DNA of 64,000 nt from Sphagnum compactum (Eukaryota): positions 8,990,001-9,054,000 of the forward strand of contig OZ234494.1 of the NCBI GenBank assembly GCA_965153455.1, read 5' to 3'. This document shows, piece after piece, positions 26,180 to 40,519 of this stretch; position 1 is the first letter of the stretch, and the number at the start of each line of letters is the position of its first letter. The position numbers and the translations under genes are program-made. Below the pieces are notes generated by a model. That model had not been told where the DNA came from. It saw only the letters and a program-made list of their open reading frames with translations, and did not search any database.

Positions 26180-27038
26180 CTAGAGGAACTTACAAATGGT
26201 GTGTTCTTTGGGTTGCATGTCATGTTTGGCATACTTTGTAAGATTTGGACCAAATGTCTTTAGCTTGGGGTGCTTCAGCACCAAGTAAAATTGTTGGAAT
26301 CCTGTAATTGAAAGGCAATTTGTGGACAAAGGCTTCCCACAAGTGGCACCAACACAAACAGTGGCTTTGCTCTCCAAATGTATAGCCATGCAAAATAGGT
26401 GGTAAGTGCATCCACATGATGTAACAACTATATTTTTGCATGCATAATAGAAACCATAGATTGGACAGTTTGTAACAAACACAAGTTGTGAATCTCCTTT
26501 AGGAGGTTCAAGAGGGTTTTCAATGGGAAGGGGAGAGGTAAACACACCATTTCCATGGGTCATGAGTTGGATTTGATGAATTAATCCATCAATCCAAACT
26601 TTGTTACTGCCCAATTTTTGATCCAAGGTTTGAAGTTGCAACTTTAAATGTTGGAATCTTCTTAAAACATTTATAAGCTCCTTCTCTCCTTCATCCACTC
26701 TTTCAACCAACAAGTCCATTGCATACTATTGATTGTTTACATGTTTTTCAACCCCTCGTAACTCTTCAATTGACATAATAAAATAATGTTTCGCATTGTC
26801 AATAATGCTTTGATATGAAGTTGAATTTAATTAATGCCAAACATACTGCACTTTCTTTGACCTTAACTGTGTCCTTCAAGGTCTGTAATTTCAATTGTAG
26901 AGGCATCATTTTTTGTTTTTGCTTTTCAAATGCCACCACCCTATCTTATACATTGTCAACCAAAACTTGGGCCTTGCACTCAAGTTTTAATGTTTCTTTT
27001 CCCAGGACCACCATTTTGGGACTTAGACCCTGATTTTC
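26180..27038 (-). pseudogene. Coiled-coil + RING-type zinc-finger pseudogene, probably TE-associated
   Basis: ORF 26180-26719 has CPIY...SCGCTYHLFC...C...C (RING-like, one Cys lost). The same frame extends upstream through heptad-like sequence with several stops to a CAG acceptor near 27039. GTAAGT donor near 26190. Confidence 0.6.
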
Positions 27039-29559
27039 AACCTGGGCATTCAACAAAAACTTCTTCAATGTAGGGTGAAAACATGATCAAGTATATGTTT
27101 TGTAATCCTTGTCAAAAAAAATGTAAAGAAGCCATAAATCAAGCTTTAACATATCAAATTTTAAAATATTATTTAATTTAATGATCAATATGAACATATT
27201 TTTTGAATTTATGTCAATGATATTGAAGAATCACATGTTTAAAATAGATTTAAGTAGATTTCTAAAAAATGCAAGTAGATTTTTTTTTACTTTTTGGGTT
27301 GCCCAAAGAAACAAAGTAGGCTTTAAGTAGATGAAATATTGAATTGTTTTACTTTCTTGGTTAATGGAAATCTAAAATTTACTTATACGCTTTCAACTTT
27401 CAAGAAGTAAAAATAATACTAAATTGATCTTTTGATGTAAAAATATTTTTGAACACAATTCCATCAGTCAATTTCAAAAATAATTTTGACCTACTTTTAG
27501 TACATTAAAGTTTTCCAAACTTTGTATACAACATATTATAAACTCAATATTGTGCACCATGATGGTTTGACAATGATTGAAAAGGTTTCAATTTGACTTT
27601 CTTGCATTTATGTGTAAAAATATGACCATAACTACTTTTGTTGTGTACTTGACTATGTTTTCACCTTATAAAACTTGGTGAGGGAAGAAAACAATGGTAG
27701 TGGTCTTGTTCCCAATCAAAAACATTGAATCATCATCCTCTACATTGTTAAACTTAATATTATAACTTGAGTTTGCAAGCAAATTGGTGGATTTTGAGCC
27801 TTGCAAGCTATTGTTTACTATTTGAACAACCATATTGGGATTCATAGGTGCCAAGCATCGACTGACTTCTTTAGGTTTGCCCAAATTCAAAGGCATCACT
27901 AGACAATTTGAGGAAAAACAAAAAACTTCAGATAATAGGTTAAAAAAATTCCACAAGTTGCCAATACTCACTATGACAAATTTACAAAGGTAAAAACATG
28001 AAAGGGGCATACACAAATCCTCCAAAGCCATGATTATGAAAAAAAATACAAAAGTAGATAGGTTTTGAAAAGCATAAGGTCACGAATTGAACATAAGAAA
28101 AACTTTTAGAAGTGAAGGTTTTAGGTCAGAAAATAGACACCATTGAGCTCCAAAACTATGAATTATTAGTTGCACTCTCACATTTTAAAGCTTCTCAGTA
28201 AACAATAGAACTTCAGGGCACAAAGTAAACACTGGAAAATTTTAGTACTTCCCTTACTTGATCTTCACACCTTAAACTTGATGGAATGAACAATATAAAG
28301 GAACAATGGAAGTTGCAAACAAATTGAAAGTTCAAGCTTGAGTTACCTATCTTCTTACCCACAAAAGGAAACCAAATTAAAAATGAACCCACAAAAGTAG
28401 AAGGAAAGGAAAAAAACTTACAAGTGAATGGGTGCCATTGTTGGGTTTCTTTGCAATCCTTGGGCAACAACTGCTGTTAATGTTAGGCCACCACCATAGA
28501 TTTCAACTTTTTGTTTTTTCGTGTGCGCATCATTGAGGACCAAATGTGAAACCTAAAACAAACCACCCTTTTGTGCAAGGGCAAAAAAATTTATCGCAAG
28601 TTTTCAAAATTTGAGTGCTTTGCAAACTCCTTTTCTTGAACATTGAAAGAGCACAAAACCCTAAGCAAAGTACCCTTGTGCAACCTGTAACAATTTATGA
28701 TGTAGATGCTTATGTCCTATCGAACTAGGCATTCAAATTTTCATTTTTTGGCTTACTTTTACTTAGGTAGTTAGGATCACCATTTGGTATACTTTTCCAT
28801 GCTTACACCCATCAAAAGTAGTAATTAACACACAAAATTTCACTCACTTTGAATTCTTTTAAAAATCACATGTGGTTTATTTGGGCCTTAAAAGTAAAAC
28901 AAGTCATATAAACCATGAATATGCAACATTTATCATTTGGTTCTTATTTGGAATTATGTATGTTTGAATGTTGTGTTTTGGTGAAATTTAATGCATTCAT
29001 GTGTATCTGAATCCCTTTATGTAAAGCCAATGGTGAAACATTAGGGAATGTCCATTGGGGTTGTGAACTTGTCATTACAAATTGATCATTTTGTGTAATT
29101 TCCACTAAAACCATTTGATGAACCCATGAAAATATCGTGAAACCAAGTGAGATCAACATGACATTATCCCACCGTTTGTTGTTTAACACCATTGAAACTT
29201 TGTGTTCTAGATTCACATCAATTGTTAAATGTGATCATTATGGCATCCAAGGGCGTGTATATCATTACTATTCCTTGCCTCCAAACTTGAACTTGAATAA
29301 TATTGGCTTAGGTTGAGGGTTGTAATTTGTACTTTTATAGATAACAATGGTAGTGATGAAGGGAAAGGTGTGGGACTATAAGCACAAGGCAAGAGCCAAG
29401 TCTGGCCCCACATTTTGGCGATACCCTTATTGTGGGAATGCCCATACACAAAAGGATATATGTAGACCCTGGACTGATGGCTCTCAAAAACCCAAGAACT
29501 GGTTCAGACTCTGGACCAGAGGTTCTAAAAACTCATAGAACTGGTTTTGGCCCACATAT

Positions 29560-29665
29560 TTGTAGTCTCAGTTCTACTTATATGGGTGAGGTTGGAAACA
29601 GATGAATAACTGAACTTGGATGTGAGAAATATTTGTGTATGGTCACATACTGAGCACCTCTGGAG
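29560..29665. mobile_element. Partial copy of MITE family B
   Basis: TATGGGTG..GTTG..AAA...AACTT..ATGTG.GAA....GGTCACATACTGAGCACCTCTGGAG matches 9995-10085. Confidence 0.7.
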
Positions 29666-29951
29666 TCCATCCTCTTAAAACTCTTTTTCGTTTGGTATCT
29701 GACATTCATTGTCAGGCAGAAGATACCGAACCATCTAATGTGTAAGGTGAATGCCCTGGGAACGGGCCATTCCTCAACTAAGCGCCTACCCAAGGTGGAG
29801 CAGAGGGCCGTTTCATTCAAGAATGTCGAAATTATTGCCCACCTAACGCAGAGCCAAAGGGTGCTTATTGCAGGAACGCCCCACTCTAGGTGCATTACTG
29901 TGTGTAAAGCACCATAGGTGGAGGGTTTGGAATCTGCCCTTCACAAAATTG

Positions 29952-30352
29952 TCATCCCTTGCTTGATTCTAGCTGATTTTGTTTGTTAGAGTTTTGTGAG
30001 TGTGTAAAGTTCAAATTCAACAATTGATTTTGAATTTTATTCATAGAGAAATAGATTGGACAAGATTTCCAAGTCTATATTTTTTCATCTCAACATCCCT
30101 ACTTGATTTAAATTTTTTTTTAAATGAAAGTTTTACTGAATGTGTAAATTTTGAATCCAATAATTGATTTTGTATTTTAGTCATAGATGAATAGATTGGA
30201 TGAGATTTCTAAGTTTAGATTTCTTCATCTAACCTCCCTGCTTGAATTTCAGATTTTTTTAATGAAAGTTCTATTGAATGTGTAAATTTTGAATCCAACA
30301 ATTCGATTTTGAATTTTATTCATAGATGAGTAGATTGGACAAGATTACTAAG
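29952..30352. repeat. Tandem repeat, ~3 x 140 bp
   Basis: TCCCTnCTTGA...TGTGTAAA...TCATAGA..ATAGATTGGA units start at ~29955, 30096 and 30235. Confidence 0.9.
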
Positions 30353-32504
30353 TAAAGCTTTGAATAATGGCAATGGATATAGAAAGGGCTTAGGCTCTTA
30401 AGGGTTAAAAATAAAATGTACTACTTAGAGGGGGGGGGGGGGGGGGGGGGGGGAGGAGAGGAGGAAAGTTTAATAGGAATTCATACCTTTGCCCTTGAGG
30501 CTCTATATGATAAGAAATGAGGACATAGATTGGTATTGATTTCTAAGGCATTTAAAAAACCACTTTATCAACTAACCACCCGGGTGGTACAATAGTTGAA
30601 ACATGGGTCGTGCATGCTACTGTAAACTGATCATGTGTAGGAGGTACTACATTTGGCAATTACACTTACATCACGCATACTCACCCCCTTCTCTCCCTCC
30701 AAATACCGGATCACTGGATTTATGTATAGGGGAAGGCCTGCTCGCCAGGCTCTCCCCTAATATGAGGGTCATAGTCTTGAGGGTGGTGGTAGCTTGAGGG
30801 TGTAGGCCCAAAAATTAAGGGAGGTCTATGGGAGCAAACCTTCCTGACTGTAAAGCATCAAAGTTGTTTTATTTACATGGCACAAGGTCTGCATGTGGTC
30901 AATGGAAGGGTTCTTCAATTGACAAATGAATCTTTCATGCGAGGAGGTGCTTTCAAATACAAAGAACAAACCATGTCAAACATATCAAATAAATTGCAAT
31001 CCTTGTTACATATGCCTATGTAATGCCATTTTAGTGGGATGGGTCAATGCAAGCTAAAGGTGCTCAAATTTTTGTAATAAAAAAAGTGTCCAAGAAAAAA
31101 TTGTAGTTTATAAAATAAGAAACTAAACCTTTAAAAAATTAACATGTTTTGATATTTATTTAAAATTGTGATCATGTTTCCTTGATTATCTTAACAATGA
31201 TATGAACAAGCACAAATGACATTACAAAATTGAATTGATTTTGTGATCTCTCGTGCAACTGCCACAATCTAGGATATTTTAAATGTAGAAAAAAATAGAT
31301 TTGAACCCAAATTTTTTTTGGGCATCAGTAATGAATAACAAAAACACAAACATAGATGATTTTCATCTAAGCATCAAAATGTTTCTTCCTTGTCAAAATT
31401 CTTTTAGAAATAAAAAATAAAGCTACAAAATCTAATATGCAAACCCAAAAGAAAACATCCTCCATGGGTACAATGAAATGAAGGAGAAAACCAAAAAACA
31501 AGAAGAAAAAAAAAAAAAAACACCTAGAGTCTTTCACTAATTAATATGTCCATGAATTATGTAGAGGTCATAACCAAAGACCAAAGCATAGCAAAATCAT
31601 GCAACTTCTTCTGGACAAGCTTCAACAACAAAAATGTTAAATCAAGAAGATAAAGAAAATGACCACTATAGACTTTCAACAATTGATATTGTCCACGAGT
31701 CATGTAAAGGTTGTAGCAAAAGACATTATCCATAGGCAATGAAAACCCAACAACCTCTTAGACAATGAATTCCAACAAGAAAAAAAAGTAAGAAACAAAA
31801 CAAAACAAAAGAAAAATGAGAAATAACCTTCAAAATCTTCATCAATGGATAAGCATTCACAAAATCCCAAACATCATTCATTAATGACCTTGAAAAACCA
31901 TAGCTACTTTCAAAACCATCTCTCCTACAATAACAAGGCTTTTTAAAACGACAACAAACAACCCATGTCATTATCAATGAATGAGAAGCTCTAAATGGCA
32001 AGGCCAACTAACATTTGGTGATGTTGGCATTGTGATGGGGAGAGTTTCAACATTTTTTTATTAGGTTGTTGTTGAATAAGGTATTGTGATGGGGGTACAT
32101 TTGTGAATTAAGAAGCCATCATTTCTTATATTACATTATTAAAATTAACATATCTGATTTCAAAATCTCCTAAATGTTTAATACATTTATAACACAACAT
32201 TTTTAATATATTAACGTAACATGTGGATAAATTTGAAAATAATCCAATAACTGTAAAATGTTTATTTAAATTATCTAAAACATTGTTAAAATTTCTTAAT
32301 TTATAATTTTAACATTTGTTTCAAAATTATTTAAGCATTATGTAAGCACTTTTGAACTAATCTATAGTTGTCACGTTAGCTTGTCACTACAAGCTTAGGA
32401 CTCCATGTCAAGACTTTTAAGGTGCACACTTGGTTCATTATTCCATGAATGTACCCAATGGAGATGCTCTAAACCTTAATTATGGAGGTAATAGATAACA
32501 ACTA

Positions 32505-33230
32505 GACAATTTTGTTGTTGCTAAGGTTTATACTAGGCAATGTGCTTCTAGCACATGAGGTTAGAGATTGGGCAAAATGCTCTAACCAACCCATGGTGTT
32601 CTTGAAACTTGACTTTGCTAAGCATATGACAAAGTAAATTGGGGTTTTCTATTCCATGTTGGAGAGACTAGGGATAGCACAAGAGTTCATATGGATCATT
32701 AGACTATTTTTTCAAGAGGCAAATGTGGGAGTATCTTTCAATGGCTCAACAGCTGCACCATTCAAGATTCAACATGGGGTGAGGCAAGGGTGCACATTTG
32801 CCCCATATCTTTTCCTCTTGTTGGGAGAGGTCCTAAATGCAATGTGGAAACAAGATGTGGAAAGCTAGTGGAATCAAGCTCCCAAAAGAAAATAGGTCCA
32901 ACACATCTTATCCCAATATGCAAATTAAAAATAGATGTTGCAAGGGAAAAATAGAACTTGACCAAGTTGTAGTTAGCATTCTAGGGATTTTCTTGAATAT
33001 TTCAAGGCTTGAACTGAATTGGGAGAAAAGTGTTACATATTGGTGCACAAAGAACACACCAAAACCAAAATGGACGACAAGTATTAGGCGGAGACAGGTG
33101 CATGCAAAGGACTCACCTAAGTTGTTAGGCACACCATTTGGCATTTGGCATTGACACCAAAGCCACGGACAATTTTTTGATAAACAAAATGAGGAAGAAC
33201 ATTCAGTGGTCCATGTTGTTCAGAGGAGGA
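32505..33230 (+). mobile_element. LINE (L1/Tx1-type) reverse transcriptase fragment
   Basis: LAHEVRDWAK.SNQPMVFLKLDFAK.YDKVNW, GVRQGCTFAPYLFLL and LELNWEKS...KLLGTPFG motifs, with frameshifts. Confidence 0.9.
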
Positions 33231-33713
33231 CATTTTGCCATCTCGCATCTTGCAAGCCCAATAACTTCACAGAGTTGGCTTATGAAATGTAGGCAAATTT
33301 TGGGAGCATGAAACTGGGGGCTTCCTAACATGTGAGAAAGTAAGAATTAAATTTTCTTTTTGACAACATGAATGAAGTCTACATTTGGTATAGGATTTTA
33401 ACTGCCTACCTAATCAATGGCAGAATGAGGTGCAGCACTCAAATAAGCACACTGTGGAAGGAGAATGGTTTGGTATGTACAAGACAGAGGACTCCCTCCT
33501 CCCAGTTGTTGTGTTTTATACCACAAAAGACTTCAAGGTGACGTGCCACCCACACACTTAGAGATTAGAACTTAGAGATTAGAACTTCTGTACAATATCT
33601 ATGTATTTGGAGTTAAACAGAACTCCATGACTCTGCAACTCAATTGACGAAACATTGTGAGGGGTTCATCAAAAGAATGAGTGTACTGTAGTACCTGGGC
33701 TAGTTCTGTAGCA

Positions 33714-33900
33714 AGGTGCCTAATAATAATAAGTTTTTTGTCATTTACTTTTGGTATTAAAAATAATACTATTTTCAAATTAGGCACTATACTAAATAAG
33801 GAAGCTAGTGTGCTTGAGAATTTCTTTCAAATTCCCAGCATGGCAACTACAACATTTTCAAAATTTTCAACAATTCCAAAAATAATTAATTAGTGCCTAA
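33714..33900 (+). repeat. Interspersed repeat, homologue of 13040-13220
   Basis: Matches the reverse complement of 13040-13220 by eye. Confidence 0.7.
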
Positions 33901-35138
33901 CCAGCCTAGGTGCTAGGATAATTGAAGTACTTAGGTTTTTAGATGGACATATCAAATCCTTGGTAGTTTAGGTAGTTTCATTTTGTAAGGTTGGTTCCTG
34001 GGCGTTAGTTTTCCCCTGGGTTAGGTTTGTACTTGTTTCTCTTTGCAATGGATGGTTTGATATGTTCAGAAAGAAAGAAAGAAACAAACAAACAAACAAA
34101 CAAAAACTCAAACAAACCACATGGTGAGACAAAAATGGACACTCTGACAGTGGCAAACTGCAGCTGGGTGACTAGCAGGGCAGAAAAAAGTTGCCAGTGA
34201 CACCAGGCTCTGATTTGCTGCAGGGATAGTTATCAGTAAAGTCATCCTGTCTTTAGGCCCCAGTTTGACCCTAATCCCTGATTCATTCCCACTTTAAATC
34301 AAACTCTACTACTCACCGGGGAATCCCTTCCCTCTTTCATCCAAAGCAGGCTGGCATTTCCCAGCCCCATTCACTCTAGGTGTTCTTCACACCTCTTTAG
34401 GAAAAGGACGATGATGTATCAACCCAAACAGTTGGTGTATTCCATTCAAGTTACCTGGAAAGTCACCCTGTCTTTGGGCCCTAGTTTGACCCTCTAATCC
34501 CCATTTGATCTCCAATTCGAGTGTAGCCAGAAAAATGAGTGAAATCAGGTGCCATATCCAGGAAACTGAGCATCAAGTTCAGAAGATTGGCAGGATCTTA
34601 TTCTGACAACTTGGATTCAGGTGAGAAACTCATTTGGTCCCCTATTTTTTCCCTGTGATATTTCCTATCAATTTCATCCTGACTTCTCATTTCATACCCA
34701 GTTTGAGGTACTTTTACAGATAACTCTATTGTCTATAGAGTTTCTGGGATATAGTTTCCCAGCCATGTTTTCTTTGGTGTTGGTTTGGATAGGTAATTCG
34801 GCTAGTATATCTTTGCATTATAGATTGTTATCTGTATTTTCAATTTAACCTAGTCTCTGCAAATAGACTTGCAACTCCAGATTTTGTGAGTGTTCAGAAA
34901 AACCCATTCTTATGGGAAAGAAAATGTACTTCTTTCCGTACCAAAACTGCCTAAATGTTCATGGAATTCCAGCTTGATTCCAAATCCTGGCAACCAACAA
35001 ACAGCAAGCAAAATTAGGGAAATTGTACACCCTAGTATGGTCCTGTATGTTTGTACACCAGAAAGTGCAATAACAGACTGACAGACTTCAATAATACAGT
35101 TTCTCTACATACCTCAAGAATTAGTAGAACATTTTTAG

Positions 35139-35629
35139 TATAAGACCTAAATGCAGAATGGGGACCTTACAGGGATTTCCTTGTAAGATAATCTTACAGG
35201 GGATTCCCGCCCCCAAGACACTGGTTCTTTATGGAGGGGGAGTGATCTTACCTTCAACTTAGTGGGTTGAGGTGACCGACCCTCTGGCCAACACCCTCAG
35301 GTCCTTCACCTCGACCTGCAAAAGTCCCTCGGTAAGGGAACTTCCCATATACATAAAGGTCTGAAGCTGGGGATTTGGCAGGTTTTCAGGCGTTGCTATT
35401 TTCTGTCGTTTACTACTTACCTAGACTATTAAGACCTTCCAACTACTTTAAGACCTGCGAATGCACCGGGTTCAGATCGAAGCTATTGAGCTATTCTGAT
35501 GTAATTCTCCTTAGTTGCAACTGCTGCCCGCTGTGGGTGGGCGGCACTATGTATAGGGGAGGGTAATGACCAAGGATCAAAGCGTTCTCAATATAAGGGC
35601 CTGGCTGAGTTGGAGCCGAGGGTGTTACA
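35139..35629 (-). mobile_element. Probable solo LTR (Ty3/gypsy, TGTAACACCC-type terminus)
   Basis: The minus strand starts TGTAACACCCTC and ends GGTCTTATA (a degenerate ...TTACA). GC-richer than its flanks and homologous to 1216-1318. No clean TSD seen. Confidence 0.6.
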
Positions 35630-36085
35630 CATTGTAAAGATGGTGTGGAACCAAGGAAGCTTTTTTTCAAAACATGGAAAGTTTTGAAGAAATGAAACGT
35701 TCCTCAACAAAATGGGGGAACAAATTTTCACTTGCTTTGAAGAGGAACAATTACAGCCTATAACAGGGCCTCCAATAGTAATACAAATAATGACCAGGGC
35801 TTTGCAGTATAAGGAGGCTATAAAGAGCTTACAACCACATTGTCCTCATTGGGGAACCTTAGTCCATAAGTATCTCATTGTTATTACTGCTATCAAGGAT
35901 CTGAGTTTGAACACAAGGCCACGAGCATCCCATGTACCTGGTGTGTTCCCACGAGTACTAGTGTCCATGTACTAGGTATTTAGTATTTACACAACAAGTT
36001 TGGTAAGTGGGAACATCTACATGTACTGAGTCAAGATTTATTCACAAGGAACATGTACCTGGTGTAACTTATTGGTCTGTAGTAA

Positions 36086-36465
36086 GGGCCACAGTGAACC
36101 AGCACCCACCAGCTCACCATGAAGGATGAATGGTGAGTGATCAGGAGACAGTTTTCTGTTGGTTTTCAGTTCACTTGCTAACCATGGTGGTTAACTCAGT
36201 TTTTTTTTTTCTACCTACCTACTAACAACCCACAAGCAGGTTGTTAGTATGTAGGTAATAAAAACAGCCCTTAGCTATGTATAAACCATCTACTTACCTA
36301 GAAAAAGTCTATTTTCCTACCTATCTGTCTAACTATGAGACCTATTTCTTACAGAATTGGTTACCAAGATGGACTAAATGTTAACTTGGTTCAGGTTCAT
36401 CCACAACCGAGTAATAACTGACATCCAGTGGATGGTGCACTGGTGGGTGCTGGTTCACTGTGGCC
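36086..36465. mobile_element. MITE with ~30-bp TIRs and 8-9-bp TSD (hAT or Mutator type)
   Basis: GGCCACAGTGAACCAGCACCCACCAG...CTGGTGGGTGCTGGTTCACTGTGGCC. TGTAGTAA is duplicated at 36078-36085 and 36466-36473. Confidence 0.85.
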
Positions 36466-37949
36466 TGTAGTAAGTACCAGTGTAGGTCGGGTGGTTTCTT
36501 ACTTTTGTGAAGAACTTCCAGTTCCAAAAAATCAATTAGAACTGTCTTGGTTTGGGTTTCACACAAATGGAAATCAGGAATTCCCAGTTCCAGGTCCAGT
36601 TCTTCAAACAACATTCAGATATCAGTTTTCGTTTTGAAAATCAGACCTGGTTCCAGTTCAATTTTTACTTAGAAGAACTAGAATCAGCTGTTCTCGGGTA
36701 GCTGCCCAACACTGGTACATACCCATGCATAACACACACACATGCTATTATCGGCTCTGTCCTACAGAGACATTGTGGGAACACCTTTTGAGCGGGTATA
36801 GGGCCCGGAGATCCAAAGGAGGGCTGAATGGATAAGTTTAGGTGTTTTTGAAAAAACGTTGGGTGAGGAGAGCACAAGGGTTAAGATATATATATATATC
36901 TATATATTTTGGGTCTCTCAAAGGGTTTTTTCTAAAAATGTGGGGTTTTAGTGAACTTGAAAAATAAAGGAGTTTTACTAAGTGGTATTGGGAGTGGTAA
37001 GGAGTTATTTTTTTCCAGGAGTTATTTCTTGGGTGGCAAAAAAATGTGGATATTCCCTTTTTCTCCCTTTTTTTGTCCTTTTTCATAATATGATGACTTA
37101 ACAAGGATGTTTTCCCAAGAAAATATTTTTGAAAACTCAATGTCATTTTTTGGCGGTACCAAACATGGCAAAATTTCAACCCAATTTTTTTTTTTCAAAA
37201 TTGTAAGAAAAAAGAACAAATCTTGATTGAAATCAAACATTGGATACATTTAAGCAAAAATGGAAAAACAGATCAATTTTCATGCAAGTGACCAAAAAAT
37301 TAATGTTTACCAATACATATGTATATTTATATTTATATGTTTACCAAATAGCTTTATATTGAAGTGAAAATGAAAATAATGGTTTAAACATTGGAAAAAA
37401 GTTTAGGGTTAAAGTGCTGTATTTCAAATTCGAGTTGAGACAATTAGGGTTTCAATGTACTCATGGATTGCACAATTAAAATTAGTAGGATACTTTTGTT
37501 CATTATTAGACCATAACTTAGTCATTGAACCATGAAGATGATTTATTATTGTTAAATTGTAATCAACCATGTAGTCAGAATTAGTTACAACCAAAGAACA
37601 TTATTGAAAGGTTTAGGTTAGGTTTAAGGTTTTAGTTAAGTTTTCTTGTCCCATACTAAAGTTTACATTGTATGTTTGTTAGTTTTCTTTCTAATTAACA
37701 CAAACATTGTGCTTGGTTTAAGCTTTCATTTTGTATTGATGTTTTTCGCAAATTTGAGTTTTTTCAAATGTGTGTTTTTGCTATTGTGTGTTTGCTAAAT
37801 CCCATTTTCTTGCTACTTCATTTGTTGGTTGTCAAATTCATTTTGGTAAGTTTTATTTCCTTTTTTGCACAATGATTGTTGTTCTAGTGAAAGAAGATTG
37901 ATTAGTTGTTGCAATGGATGATTTGGATTTTGGAGTTAAAAGTGTTGCA

Positions 37950-38150
37950 TTTGAGGCAAAGGTGTTCGATAAGTATGGCACCTTTGATCGAATTGCAAAT
38001 AGAAGCATGGAAGATCTAGGCTATGCATATTTGCATTGTGATTTGTGAAACAGAGCAGCTTTGACCATAATCATTTTTAGAGTCAAATTACGTCATATAG
38101 ATATGCATGAGTAGTATTTGCAAAAATGCATGTTTGTGAAAGTTGACAAT
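37950..38150 (+). mobile_element. Possible hAT dimerisation-domain remnant
   Basis: ELQIEAWKI*...ICE...SFDH.H...MFVK resembles the PELQ.LA..IL...CER..S.F..IH...LVFV pattern. Very degraded. Confidence 0.35.
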
Positions 38151-38826
38151 TTTGGCATTGAATCAAAGTCCAAAAGGGGATATGAGAAAGGTGACATGCA
38201 TGTTGTCATTACAATTGAATTGATGATCACTATGTCACCCATCATTGTTTTTGAACTAGAATTGGTTCCCATGTTTTTTCATATGGATTCCATTAAAGAA
38301 TTCAAAAGTTCTTTTCAAGGTTAAAGTTTTGTTATTATAGTTATCATTGTTGTTGGTGTAAGGGGAAAATGGAATAACAAAGGTGAAAAACAATTATTGA
38401 ATACAGATGGAGAAGGGTGAATTTGATTAAGATGTTTTTGCTATTGGCAATGATTTTAGAACAGAATATGAATAGATTTTTGAAACATATAATGAAAGTC
38501 AATGTGCTGTGGTTTTGATAAAAAAATGTACCAACAACATCCAAAGGAGATCAATATTTGAAAGCACATCAATACACTATTCTCACAAAGGTTGTGGATG
38601 AGGCTACTTGAGCTTGTCTTCTCAAGTTGCATAACAAACTATCAATTGTTTGACCTATTAAAAGAGGTATATTTTTTTCTTTTCATTTTTTTCAAAGACA
38701 CTTTGAAAGTTTTTTTCAAAATCAAAAACATAAAAATTCAATGGTGGCAAATGTTCATCTATAGGTCATTTATACTAAAACAATAATGAAAAAGTTAAGA
38801 TAATGAAATAATATTTAAAGTAATGA

Positions 38827-38857
<31 letters not shown>

Positions 38858-40519
38858 ACCAAATGAGCACCCAATTGTGATGTAGGGACACAATCATAAA
38901 TATCAATAACAAAACAACCAAAAATTTGGACAATTTTTTTATCCACACATGCACCCATCAAAACGCCTTTCATGAAAAACCTATTAACTCAAAATATGAC
39001 AAAAAAAAATACAAGAATTATCAAAATTCTTAAACTTAAAAAATGAAAATGAGACTAAGATTAAAAACCTTTCGATCTATATTATATCCATTCAATATTG
39101 ATGTTTGTTTCAAACATCGAAATACGTCATGCACATTGTTAAAAATTGTTTACATTATTCAAGATTGGAAAACTTGGATTTTAAAAAAAATGATTATGTA
39201 TGATTTTATATTCATTTGTATAGTCAAAAGAAAGACAATGAAACTATGGTTTCATTTTTTACATATCCACAATGAATTCTAAGAGGGTCAAGAAATTTTA
39301 TTTTTTAGTACAAATGTGAAAAAAATTAATTCACGATTTTTCATTAATCCAACAAACTTTCATCCCATATAACTTGAGTTCATAGTAGAACATTAAATGT
39401 AATACCTTATTTTCAAGACAGAGCGTATCGTGATAGAGCTGCTTGTTAGCCTGGCCTACCGAGGCAAGGATATTATGTTTAGATTCATTATAGAGTATAG
39501 TAGCTTAATGGATTTTGGCCCCTAGGTAATAGGTTTAACTTTATATGAGGATTTTTGAAAGATGATATTTTAGCTTGTGTTGAAACTTGAGATTAGTTAT
39601 AGAGTTATAATATCTTGAAGGATTTTGGTTTCTTTTAGAGGATTTTTTGAAGATTATATTTTTGCATGATGAAATATTTGAGTTTCCATAATTCTTTTTT
39701 TTTCCTTAAGATACTTTTTGAATGTAAATGGCAAGGCCACAATGTGACACACCCCTTGTTATGTTGGTACAAACAAACAGTGAAACCCATGAAAAAGCTT
39801 TTTGTTAGGAAATTGTTTGGGGGAGTCCATGGCAGGCAAGGCTGTCTCTTGATGTTAATTCAGGCCTAATTTTTCAGAGTGCAGTAGATATTGCCTGCCC
39901 TAAAGACTTATTCATTGGTAGCAATGAATAAAAATTGCCTCAAAGTTTGCTTCAAACTTCCTACATGTCATGGCCAATTTGCCAAAAGAACCCCAAAAAA
40001 TATTAATTTTTTTCCCCATAGTTGCATTTTTGTCCAACCATGTAGTGAGAATTGTTTTGGAGGTCCATGGCTGGCAAAGTTGTTCATTACTATTTCATCA
40101 AGTCAAGCAGATAAGATGCTATTTGTCTACCCAAAGACAAAAACATGCACAAGGTAGAAAGTCCTCAAAGTTTGCACCAACTTCCCCATTCAATTGGGCA
40201 TTTTGCCAAGAAACTCACGCACAAGCCCAAGGGTGCACTAGGTGAATTTCCACACAAAGGATACAAACAAAAACCACAAGGCAAGCCAAGTACACACAAG
40301 TTACCTACAACTGAAATTATTTCACTAAAAATTTGGCAAATTTGTCAGAACATTAGCAAAATTAGTTGAATGAATTTACACTAGAGTACAAAAATTATCC
40401 AAAGATTTCCCAAATGTTTTTGGTAAAAAAACAAAACATAAAATGTTGAAAAATAAATTCAACTGCTATGCTCTACGTATCTATTTGCAACCAAAAAAAT
40501 AAAAAAATAAAAAAAAAAA

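Noticed and set aside
30577..30855. tRNA/SINE-like A- and B-box hints and a GC hairpin (similar hints at 55588-55650)
   Set aside because: No cloverleaf and the boxes are too degenerate to call a tRNA or SINE.
34548..34620. Isolated exon-like block (CAG|...|GTGAGA)
   Set aside because: No neighbouring exons and no recognisable peptide.
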